Below, piece by piece: positions 1 through 7,353 of a DNA stretch of 39,406 nucleotides. Position 1 is the first letter of the stretch. Each line of letters begins with the position of its first letter. The notes beneath the pieces were generated by a model. The model worked only from the letters and a program-made list of their open reading frames with translations. It did no database searches and was not told the DNA's origin. Position numbers and translations under genes: made by a program. This DNA comes from Actinomycetota bacterium (lineage in GTDB: Bacteria; Actinomycetota; UBA4738; HRBIN12). The stretch spans positions 1-39,406 of the forward strand of contig DATHVC010000264.1 of NCBI GenBank assembly GCA_035461565.1. The letters are read 5' to 3'.

Positions 1-1113
1 CGGAACCTGTTCGCCTCGGGCGCCCCCTGGTACGGCGACACGCAGAAGCCACACGAGCCGGGCGCATTCCTGGACGAGCTGTCCACGTGGGGCGAGGAGT
101 CCGGGCTCGCGCTGGTGGATCGGGGCTCGGAGGTGGACGACAGGAACCCCCTGGCCGGTTACCGGGAGGCGTTCGTCCGCGACTGGCCGGGGCCGGCTCG
201 GCCCGACGAGAGCGACGACCTTTTCCCGCAGGGCTGGCGCCGGGCGGCGGCCCTGGCGACCGAGACCGGCGCCGTGCCGGCCTCGCTGATCGAGCGCCGG
301 ACGCCCGCCGAGTCGGAGGGTTATCGCGAGCTCGCCGGGAACTATCGGATCCTGGCCGCGCACCTGCTCGAGCTCGAAGCCCCGGCCGCCTCCACCCGGC
401 CCCTGCCGTCCACGGTCTCCGTGGCCGGGCTCGTCGACTACGCGCGGTGCCCGAAACGGTTCTACTGGAGCGTGGTCCGGCCCTTGCCGAGGTTCGCCGG
501 CCCGGCCGCCCGCATCGGGACGGAGATCCATCGCTGGATCGAGCTCCGCTCCCACGGCCAAGGAACGCTGCTCGAGCCGGACGAGACCCCGGACCTCACC
601 GTGGAGGAGCTCGCCGGACGCCCCGGACGGATCGATGAGCTCCGGGCGGCGTTCCTGGGCAGCCGCTTCGCCGACGCCGTGCCGAGGTTCGTCGAACGTT
701 CGTTCCTGCTCCCCGTGGAAGGCACGGTGATCGCCGGGCGCATCGACGCCATCTTCGGCGAAGACGACGACGGCCCGTGGGAGATCGTCGACTACAAGAC
801 GGGCCGCGTCCCGGAGGACGATCCACTGGCGCGGACGCAGCTCGACGTGTACGCGCTCGCCTGTATCGACGTCTGGCACAAGCGCCCCGAGGACCTGACG
901 CTGACCTATCTGTACTTGGGCAGCAACGAGGAACGTTCCTATCGGATCAGCGACGTGGACGAGATCCGCTCCCGCGTGTCCCGGTGGCTTCGGTCGATCG
1001 GCGCCGAGGCATTCGAGCCCTCGCCCGGAGATCACTGCCGCTGGTGCGATTTCCGCCCGTTCTGCGACCCGGGTCGGGCGTGGGTCGACGCCCACGCCGG
1101 TGACGTCGGGTAG
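1..1113 (+). CDS. 3' part of a helicase-nuclease gene (UvrD/AdnAB-like). It encodes a PD-(D/E)XK RecB/AddB/Cas4-type nuclease domain with a 4-Cys cluster. The 5' end lies outside the window.
   Basis: Frame 1 is open from base 1, so there is no stop before the 115 ORF. Motifs seen: VDYARCPKRFYW (first Cys), GRIDAIF, EIVDYKTG (nuclease core D/E-x-K) and a C-terminal CRWCDFRPFC triad. Confidence 0.75.
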   Translation, partial: RNLFASGAPWYGDTQKPHEPGAFLDELSTWGEESGLALVDRGSEVDDRNPLAGYREAFVRDWPGPARPDESDDLFPQGWRRAAALATETGAVPASLIERRTPAESEGYRELAGNYRILAAHLLELEAPAASTRPLPSTVSVAGLVDYARCPKRFYWSVVRPLPRFAGPAARIGTEIHRWIELRSHGQGTLLEPDETPDLTVEELAGRPGRIDELRAAFLGSRFADAVPRFVERSFLLPVEGTVIAGRIDAIFGEDDDGPWEIVDYKTGRVPEDDPLARTQLDVYALACIDVWHKRPEDLTLTYLYLGSNEERSYRISDVDEIRSRVSRWLRSIGAEAFEPSPGDHCRWCDFRPFCDPGRAWVDAHAGDVG

Positions 1114-1476
1114 CTAGCCCGCTCCTCCGGCCGCGAGACGTCGCGTCTGCTGGGCGAACGTCCGGTAGTTCGCCGCCGGATCCCATCCGTTCCGGACGTC
1201 ATCCGTTACGAACCGAATGGCCAGTCCCCGATCGGGCGCCCGGGTCGACAACGCGGCCCGGAACCACTCGAGCGATCCCGGCTCGAGCAGGACCTCGCCG
1301 TGGGCGCCGAACGGCCGGAGCGAGGCGTCGTCGACCACCACCGGGGTGGGACGCAGCATCGCGTGGAGGCCCTCGAACGTCGGATCCAGGACCTCGAGAT
1401 GTCCTTCGCCGTCCCAGGTCGCGACCGCCACCACGGTCTCCGGATCGTCCGGAGCGAACAGCTCTGCCCGGATCAT
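1114..1476 (-). CDS. Hypothetical protein (120 aa) with no recognisable motif.
   Basis: The composition is protein-like rather than Arg/Pro shadow. Its ATG overlaps the stop of the upstream cNMP-binding gene (ATGA at 1473-1476). Its stop abuts the convergent nuclease gene (TAG|CTA at 1111-1116). Confidence 0.55.
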   Translation of the reverse strand: MIRAELFAPDDPETVVAVATWDGEGHLEVLDPTFEGLHAMLRPTPVVVDDASLRPFGAHGEVLLEPGSLEWFRAALSTRAPDRGLAIRFVTDDVRNGWDPAANYRTFAQQTRRLAAGGAG

Positions 1477-1895
1477 CCGGTGGGAGAACGTTCGAGGCGC
1501 CGGAGCATGCCGGCCGCGTGCGCCAGCAACTTCACGCCGACCGCCGGCTCCTGCTCGATGGCCCGCAGGAAGGCCTTGCGGGGAAGGGCCAGCATCGTGA
1601 TCGGGGTGTCCGCGATCACCGACGCCGTTCGCGGGCCGCCGTCCAGGAGGGAGATCTCGCCGAAGAAGTCGCCGGGCTGGAGCCGGTTGACCACGCGACG
1701 GCCTCCGGAGACCACCTTCGCCTCACCCTCGAGGATCACGTAGAACGTGTCTCCGACGTCGCCTTCACGAACGACGCTCGACCCTTCCATGTATCGCTGC
1801 TCCTCGGTGGAGTCGGCCAGGCGGCGAAGGTGCCGAGCCGCCAGGCCGGCGAACAGCGGGACCCGCGCCAGTGCGTCACGCTCTCGTTTCGGCAT
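1473..1895 (-). CDS. Stand-alone cyclic nucleotide-binding domain protein (about 140 aa).
   Basis: The whole cNMP-binding fold is readable: VPLFAGL...LRRLA, REGDVGDTFYVILEGEAKV, PGDFFGEISLLDGGPRTASV. The start is taken at the internal ATG (MPKRERD) at 1895, because the longer ORF head is Arg/Pro shadow. Confidence 0.8.
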   Translation of the reverse strand: MPKRERDALARVPLFAGLAARHLRRLADSTEEQRYMEGSSVVREGDVGDTFYVILEGEAKVVSGGRRVVNRLQPGDFFGEISLLDGGPRTASVIADTPITMLALPRKAFLRAIEQEPAVGVKLLAHAAGMLRRLERSPTG

Positions 1896-1939
1896 CCTGC
1901 TCGTCCTCCTCGATGGCGCGAGCCTACCCGAGGCCGGGG

Positions 1940-1964
1940 GTCGTGTCTGCCGAGCAGTCGTGTC
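1940..1964. promoter_or_regulatory. Direct repeat GTCGTGTC (1940-1947 and 1957-1964, 17-bp period) in the 93-bp divergent promoter region. It flanks a small CTGC-N3-GCAG palindrome.
   Basis: Read directly from the sequence. It lies between the cNMP-binding gene start (1895, minus) and the Crp/Fnr gene start (1989, plus). Its function is inferred only. Confidence 0.3.
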
Positions 1965-1976
1965 GGTGGGGCGCGG

Positions 1977-1982
1977 TAGGGT
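1977..1982 (+). promoter_or_regulatory. Candidate -10 hexamer TAGGGT, 6 nt upstream of the GTG start of the Crp/Fnr gene. This suggests a leaderless mRNA.
   Basis: It matches the TANNNT pattern. There is no Shine-Dalgarno sequence between it and GTG 1989. Confidence 0.3.
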
Positions 1983-1988
1983 GCGGCC

Positions 1989-2621
1989 GTGGGGGTTCCG
2001 CTGGGCGCGTTCGCCGCCGGAACGCCCCGCCGGCTCCCCCACGGCGTCACGGTCGTCCGGCAGGGCGAGCTCGGTGAGTGTCTGTTCCTGGTGACCGACG
2101 GCGCGGTCCGGTTGTCGTCGGTGACCTCGGACGGGACCGAGGTGGTGGTGGGGATCCTCGGCGCGGGAGACCTGTTCGGGGAGAGCGCGCTGCTGGAGGC
2201 CCCGTCACCGGTGGAGGCCCGGGTGCTGGGCGAGGCCGAGCTGGTTGCCCTGCCGACCGATCACCTGTTGGACGTGTTCGGCTGCGAGCCACTGACGGCC
2301 GAGCAGGTCGTCCGCCTGGTGGCAGCCCGGCTCCATCGGACGGCTCGCGCGCTCGAGGACGCCCTGTCACGGGACGTCCCGGCCCGCCTGACCCGTCGCC
2401 TTCTCGACCTGGCCGAGGCCCATGGCGCGCCGACCCCGGACGGGGTCGTGATCCGAGTGCCGATCACCCAGGATGAGCTCGCTCGGATGGTGGGGGCGGC
2501 GCGCGAGACGGTGAACCGAGCGCTGGGGCGGCTCTCGGCTCGGGGGCTGGTATCGGCGAAGTCGGGCACCGTGTTGATCCGCGACCCCGATGCCCTCGGC
2601 CGGGCTCCGACGGTCTCTTGA
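1989..2621 (+). CDS. Crp/Fnr family transcriptional regulator (cNMP-binding domain plus C-terminal HTH).
   Basis: Motifs seen: VVRQGELGECLFLVTDGAVRL, GDLFGESALL, and the HTH ITQDELARMVGAARETVNRALGRLSARGLV. Confidence 0.9.
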   Translation: MGVPLGAFAAGTPRRLPHGVTVVRQGELGECLFLVTDGAVRLSSVTSDGTEVVVGILGAGDLFGESALLEAPSPVEARVLGEAELVALPTDHLLDVFGCEPLTAEQVVRLVAARLHRTARALEDALSRDVPARLTRRLLDLAEAHGAPTPDGVVIRVPITQDELARMVGAARETVNRALGRLSARGLVSAKSGTVLIRDPDALGRAPTVS

Positions 2622-2636
2622 CGCGAAGCGGTCCCG

Positions 2637-3503
2637 TCAGCCGGACTCCTGGAGCGTTGCCAGGCTGCACGAGCCGCACAGGCGCGCCTTGCCCCGGACG
2701 GGGCGGCCGCAGCGGGCGCAGGTCCTGGGCTCCGTCCGCGAAAAACGTTCGACGCCGCCTTTCGTTGTCCGGTCGACGCGGCCCTCGCCCTGGAGCTTTA
2801 TCAGGTGGGCGAGCACCGAGCGGCCCGCGAGCTCGAGCACCTCGGCGGGGTAGTCGTCGTAGATGGACGACACGAGCTCCTCGATCGTGCGGGGTCCGCC
2901 TTCGAGGGCCTCGACGACCTGTTGCTCGCGCAGGGCGCGGTGCTCGAGGTACTCGTCGAGCTTGGCGGCGCCGCGGAATACCACGGGGCCGTGTCCCGGG
3001 TAGATCGTTCGTGGCGTGAGCTCCCGCATCCGTCGGAGCGAGCGCAGGTAGGCGACGAGGTCTCCTTCTGGAGGGTCGACCACGCTCGTGCCGCGCCCGA
3101 GCACGGTGTCCCCGGTGAACAGCGCCGACCCCTCGGCCGACCATAACGCGACGTGATCCGGAGAGTGCCCCGGCGTGGCGAGGACTCGGAGCGACGCCCC
3201 GTTGGACTCGACGACCTCGCCGTCGCGCAGGCGCGTCCCCTCCCCGGGCGGACGCACGGCGCGGATCGTCGCACCGGTGAGCTCGGCCAGCCGAGTGGCC
3301 CCGGGGGCGTGATCGGGATGGTCGTGGGTCAGCAGGATCGCCCCGACGGTCCCTGCGGTGTTCGCCACCTCGACGAGGTGCGTTTCAATCTCCGGACCGG
3401 GGTCGATCACCAGCGCCGGCGCCTCCCCCACGACGTAGGTGTTCGTGCCCTCCAGCTCGCGAACCCCCGGGTTCGGCGCGAGGACGCGCACGACGCGGAT
3501 CAC
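2637..3503 (-). CDS. MBL-fold metallo-hydrolase (LACTB2/glyoxalase-II-like) with a C-terminal CxxC...CxxC tail.
   Basis: Motifs seen: LLTHDHPDHAPG (HxHxDH), TPGHSPDH, YPGHG, a winged-helix-like segment, and the tail CARCGRPVRGKARLCGSC. The GTG start overlaps the NUDIX stop (GTGA at 3500-3503). Confidence 0.85.
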   Translation of the reverse strand: MIRVVRVLAPNPGVRELEGTNTYVVGEAPALVIDPGPEIETHLVEVANTAGTVGAILLTHDHPDHAPGATRLAELTGATIRAVRPPGEGTRLRDGEVVESNGASLRVLATPGHSPDHVALWSAEGSALFTGDTVLGRGTSVVDPPEGDLVAYLRSLRRMRELTPRTIYPGHGPVVFRGAAKLDEYLEHRALREQQVVEALEGGPRTIEELVSSIYDDYPAEVLELAGRSVLAHLIKLQGEGRVDRTTKGGVERFSRTEPRTCARCGRPVRGKARLCGSCSLATLQESG

Positions 3504-4147
3504 GTCGCGTCCTGCCAGAACGTCGACCTGGGCAGCCGTTCGAGCTCGCCGGCGTCCGGCTCCCGCGTCTCGATGTGGAGCGAGAGCAGCCGCGACACGT
3601 CCGAGCACGGCGCGATGGCCCTGACGGTGAAATACGTGGGCCAGAACACCCGCCGGCGCTGCGTCCTCCACTCTTCGAGCAGCGCCTCCGGCCTGGTCCA
3701 CCAGGCGTCCGCGGTTTCGCCACCGTCGGGGACCACCTCGAGACCGGCCGGCGCCCGCACGGCGAAGAATCGCGCGTCGAACCGAACCGGGACCTGGGGC
3801 GGCGCCACCCAGTGCGCCACCTCGGGCAGCTGGCCGGTCGTGGGCGGCGAGTCCGAGAGCGACTCGAGCGTTCTCCCGTTCGCCTCCGCGAGGCCTTCCG
3901 AGGTCAAGGCCAGCCCGACCTCCTCGAGCAGCTCGCGCACGGCGCAAGCGCGCGGGGCCTCCTCCGGGGCGCCGAACCACCGTCTCGCCAGCTCGAGGTC
4001 GAGGGCGTCGGTGGAGCCGCCGGGGAACGCCACGTACCCCGGGAGGAACCGGCTCGAGAACCCGCGCTCAAGCACGAGCACCTCGAGTCCGCGGTCTCCG
4101 TCGCGCCCGGCGATGACCGATGCGGCCGCTCGAAGCGTCTCACCCAT
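3500..4147 (-). CDS. NUDIX hydrolase.
   Basis: Nudix box E-x7-RELLEEVGL, preceded by AFPGGSTDA. The start is taken at ATG 4147 (MGETLRAAASVIAG). ATG 4156 is an alternative start. Confidence 0.8.
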   Translation of the reverse strand: MGETLRAAASVIAGRDGDRGLEVLVLERGFSSRFLPGYVAFPGGSTDALDLELARRWFGAPEEAPRACAVRELLEEVGLALTSEGLAEANGRTLESLSDSPPTTGQLPEVAHWVAPPQVPVRFDARFFAVRAPAGLEVVPDGGETADAWWTRPEALLEEWRTQRRRVFWPTYFTVRAIAPCSDVSRLLSLHIETREPDAGELERLPRSTFWQDAT

Positions 4148-4260
4148 GCGGGGCATCCTGTCACGCACCCGATGGCTCGACACCCCGCTGGCCCGGCGGC
4201 CGCCGCTCGTGCGCTCACGTGGCTTCGGCAACCTCCGAGCGCCCTAGGCTGTCGCGCGAG

Positions 4261-5364
4261 ATGAGCGACGTCGCCGAGAGGATCCGCTCCCTGGTCCGCC
4301 GGGACGGTCCGATCACGTTCGCGCGTTTCATGCACGAGGCGCTCTATGCGCCCGGTGGGTTCTACGAGCGTCCGCCCGTGGGCCCCGAGGGCCACTTCGT
4401 CACGAGCCCGCACGTCCATCCCGTCTTCTCCCGACTGGTCGGCGCCGCGCTCGAGGCGTTGTCGGACGAGCTCGGCCGGCCCCGGCCCCTTCGGGTGGTC
4501 GAGCTGGGGGCCGGTGACGGCACGATGGCCCGAGAGATCCTCGACGGGTTCACGCGCGGCGGGATCGAGCTCGACTATGCCGCCGTCGAGGTCAGCCCGG
4601 GGGCGCGAGCCGCGTTGACCGAACGGGGCATCCGCGCCGTGGAGCGCATGGACGCGATCGAGCGGCTCGAACCCGGCCTGGTCGTCGCCAACGAGCTCCT
4701 CGACAACCTGCCGTTCCGGCGCGTGCGCCGGCGAGCAGGCGAGCTGGTCGAGGTGGCCGTGGGCGTCGACGACGAACGCCTGGTCGAGGTGGAGGTGCCG
4801 TGGCCGGGGGATCCGCCCGGGCGAGTGCCCGCGGAGGGGAAGGAGATCCTGGTCCCGACCGGCGCCTTCGAGTGCCTGGACGGGTTGTCGAGGCTGGTTG
4901 GCTTCGGGTACGTGCTGCTGATCGACTACGGCAACGCGGTCGCCGACCCCGACGTGCGCGGGTACCGGGCCCATCGTCTCGTCACGGACCTGCTCGCCGA
5001 TCCGGGCGCGGCCGACGTGACCGCAGGGGTTGATTTCCGAGCGGTCGCCACCCACGCCGAGCGCCTCGGGTGGCGAGCATTCGAGCCCGTAACTCAGCGG
5101 GCCGTGCTTCGCGCGCTCGGACTCGACCAGTGGATGTCGCAGGGGCGGCTCCATCAGACCGAGCTCCTCGAATCGGGGCGCGGCGCCGACGCGGTTCGGA
5201 TCTGGGAGGGGCGCAACCGCGCCCGCCTTCTGGTCGACCCGGCCGGGCTCGGCGGCCTCCGCTGGTTGCTGCTCGCCACGCCGGAGCTGGACGAGCCCAC
5301 ATGGCTCCGCCGCGCACGCGAGATCGGCGGCGCGTCCGTTGACCGCCGCAGGAGCGAGCGATAA
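4261..5364 (+). CDS. SAM-dependent methyltransferase, MidA/NDUFAF7 (DUF185, COG1565) family.
   Basis: Motifs seen: GPITFARFMHEALYAPGGFYE, HFVTSPHVHPVFSRLV, the SAM motif VVELGAGDGTMA, ANELLDNLPF and LLIDYG. Confidence 0.8.
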   Translation: MSDVAERIRSLVRRDGPITFARFMHEALYAPGGFYERPPVGPEGHFVTSPHVHPVFSRLVGAALEALSDELGRPRPLRVVELGAGDGTMAREILDGFTRGGIELDYAAVEVSPGARAALTERGIRAVERMDAIERLEPGLVVANELLDNLPFRRVRRRAGELVEVAVGVDDERLVEVEVPWPGDPPGRVPAEGKEILVPTGAFECLDGLSRLVGFGYVLLIDYGNAVADPDVRGYRAHRLVTDLLADPGAADVTAGVDFRAVATHAERLGWRAFEPVTQRAVLRALGLDQWMSQGRLHQTELLESGRGADAVRIWEGRNRARLLVDPAGLGGLRWLLLATPELDEPTWLRRAREIGGASVDRRRSER

Positions 5365-5393
5365 CGTTCGCCGCTCCCGGAGCGGAGGAACTC

Positions 5394-6854
5394 ATGCGGT
5401 TTGATGGAACGATTCGGCGCCTCGTCGTCGTGGCGCTCTCGCTGGCGGTGGCGGCGTCGGCCTGCACGGCGGACGACCCGGGCGGTCCCGCTCGCGCCCG
5501 GGGCCCCGGCCCCGACGACGACGGCCTGGCCAAGGAGCTCGAGGAACAGGCCGAGAAGACCGAACATCGCCTGGAGGAGCTCGAGGCGGCGCTCGAGGCG
5601 GGGACCGTCGGGGTGATCGAACGCGTCCTCCGTAGACGGGCGCCGGGCTGGGCCGGCGAACGGCTCCTCAACCCTGCTGGCAACGACTGGGAGCCGGCGA
5701 TCGCGACCGACCCGTCGCGACCGTTCGTGTACGTGCTGCACAACCGGTACGGGGGCGAGCCCGCCTGCCGCAACGACTGCCCCGACCCGGCGATGATCCT
5801 GCACGTCTCGAGGGACGGGGGACGGAGCTGGCTTCGCGAGCGGTACCTGTGCGTGTGCCGGGGTGTTCGCGGTCAATACGACCCGCTGCTCGAGGTGGCC
5901 TCCAACACGGGCGACGTGTATGCCGCGTGGATGAACAACTTCCAGATCCACGTGTCGCGTTCGGCCGACCGGGGGCGGACGTGGTCGACGCCGGTCCACG
6001 TCCATCCCGACGTCCGATGGGGCGACAAGCCCAACATGGCGGTGAGCCCCGACGGCCAGGACGTCTACGTGCAGTTCAACGGGCCGACGGCCGGAGACGT
6101 CCACGCCGCCGTCTCCCACGACGCGGGGGCGACGTGGTCCACGGCCCGGATCACGAACGGCGACCGCTACTACTTCGACTATTCGGGCGCGATCCTGCCC
6201 GACGGGCGGATCCTGTTCTCGCAGATCAGCTTCGACTATCAGTCGCCGGGCGGGACGGCGGCCCACCCCATCCAGATCCACGTGTTCGCCTCGGACGACG
6301 CCGGCGAGAGCTGGAGCGAGCAGCTGGTGGACGAGCTCGCCGTGGGGAGCGAGTGCGTCTCGAGAGGATGTTACGAGGACTACTACGACAGCGGCCCGGT
6401 CCTGGCCGCGGACGACGACGGCGATCTGGTGATCGTCTACAACGGCGCGGCGGAGCCGCTCGGCCCGCGAACCGTCTACGCGCGTTCGTCCACCGACGGC
6501 GGCCGGACGTGGAGCGAGCGGGTACAGGTCTCGCGCGCCGGGGTGAACGCCGCCTATCCCGCCGCCGTCGGCGAAGGCGACGGCGGCGTGCGCCTATGGT
6601 TCATGGATCAGCGCGGCGGCCGGTGGAACGTCCGCTACCGCACATCCACTGACCTCGGCGGCAGCTGGAGCCGGCCGCTGCGAATCTCCGACGCCACCTC
6701 CGGCACCATCTACAAGAACCGGCGCGGCTTCGCCGAGGTCTACGGCGATTACGGCGAGATCGCCATCACCAGCGAGGGCAAGACCGTCGCCGTGTGGGGC
6801 GAAGGCGTGAGCTACTTCGGTCCGGGCGGGATCTGGTTCAACCGCGAGCGGTAG
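5394..6854 (+). CDS. Secreted lipoprotein, a BNR/Asp-box repeat beta-propeller (sialidase-like fold).
   Basis: Signal peptide with a lipobox-like AASAC. Six Asp-boxes (S-x-D-x-G-x-[ST]-W): SRDGGRSW, SADRGRTW, SHDAGATW, SDDAGESW, STDGGRTW, STDLGGSW. A GGAGG RBS sits 6 nt before the ATG. Confidence 0.8.
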   Translation: MRFDGTIRRLVVVALSLAVAASACTADDPGGPARARGPGPDDDGLAKELEEQAEKTEHRLEELEAALEAGTVGVIERVLRRRAPGWAGERLLNPAGNDWEPAIATDPSRPFVYVLHNRYGGEPACRNDCPDPAMILHVSRDGGRSWLRERYLCVCRGVRGQYDPLLEVASNTGDVYAAWMNNFQIHVSRSADRGRTWSTPVHVHPDVRWGDKPNMAVSPDGQDVYVQFNGPTAGDVHAAVSHDAGATWSTARITNGDRYYFDYSGAILPDGRILFSQISFDYQSPGGTAAHPIQIHVFASDDAGESWSEQLVDELAVGSECVSRGCYEDYYDSGPVLAADDDGDLVIVYNGAAEPLGPRTVYARSSTDGGRTWSERVQVSRAGVNAAYPAAVGEGDGGVRLWFMDQRGGRWNVRYRTSTDLGGSWSRPLRISDATSGTIYKNRRGFAEVYGDYGEIAITSEGKTVAVWGEGVSYFGPGGIWFNRER

Positions 6855-7266
6855 ACCGCTTCGGGCGGCTGGGTGGCTTCGTTCTCGCCCTGGCGGTGGG
6901 CCGCTTCGGCACGGCCCTCCCCGACTGCTCGTCCAGGAACCGTTCCACGAGGCCGCGCACCACTCCGGCCATCGAGAAGCCGTGCTCGGTCGACCACTGC
7001 CGGAGTCGGTCGTGCAAGTCCGGGGGAAGCCGGATCGGCAGCATGGTGCTCGGGCCCGGCGCCATCTCCATCGTCGCGCCCAGAACGGGAGGCGGCCCGC
7101 CGATGAGCATGACGTCACCGGTTGCCGCTGGGTCCGGAACCAGCCGGCCCTCCGGACCCGGCGCCACGACGGCTGCGCAGATGAGGTCCGCCAGCACGCG
7201 GGTCTGTTCTCGCTCCGGCAACGACCGGATCGCTTTCAGCAGCAGCTTGCCCACCCGTTCGTCCAT
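6838..7266 (-). CDS. Ribbon-helix-helix (CopG/Arc-like) domain protein.
   Basis: The C-terminal segment MLPIRLPPDLHDRLRQWSTEHGFSMAGVVRGLVERFLDE has the RHH beta-alpha-alpha pattern. The start is taken at ATG 7266 (MDERVGK), because the longer ORF head is just the translation of the upstream DNA repeat. The 3' end overlaps the convergent BNR gene by 17 bp. Confidence 0.6.
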   Translation of the reverse strand: MDERVGKLLLKAIRSLPEREQTRVLADLICAAVVAPGPEGRLVPDPAATGDVMLIGGPPPVLGATMEMAPGPSTMLPIRLPPDLHDRLRQWSTEHGFSMAGVVRGLVERFLDEQSGRAVPKRPTARARTKPPSRPKRSTARG

Positions 7267-7276
7267 CGAGCCTCCT

Positions 7277-7306
7277 GCGATATCGCGATATCGGATGGCG
7301 ATATCG
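7277..7306. repeat. Three copies of GCGATATCG (7277-7285, 7285-7293, 7298-7306). Each contains the perfect palindrome CGATATCG. This is probably an operator.
   Basis: Read directly: ctGCGATATCGCGATATCGgatgGCGATATCGtg. It is an AT-rich island in 70% GC DNA, 11-40 nt upstream of the RHH gene start. Confidence 0.6.
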
Positions 7307-7353
7307 TGCACCTCGGAGCGCGCCACGCGCAAGAGGCCGATGAAGAAGGCGGT

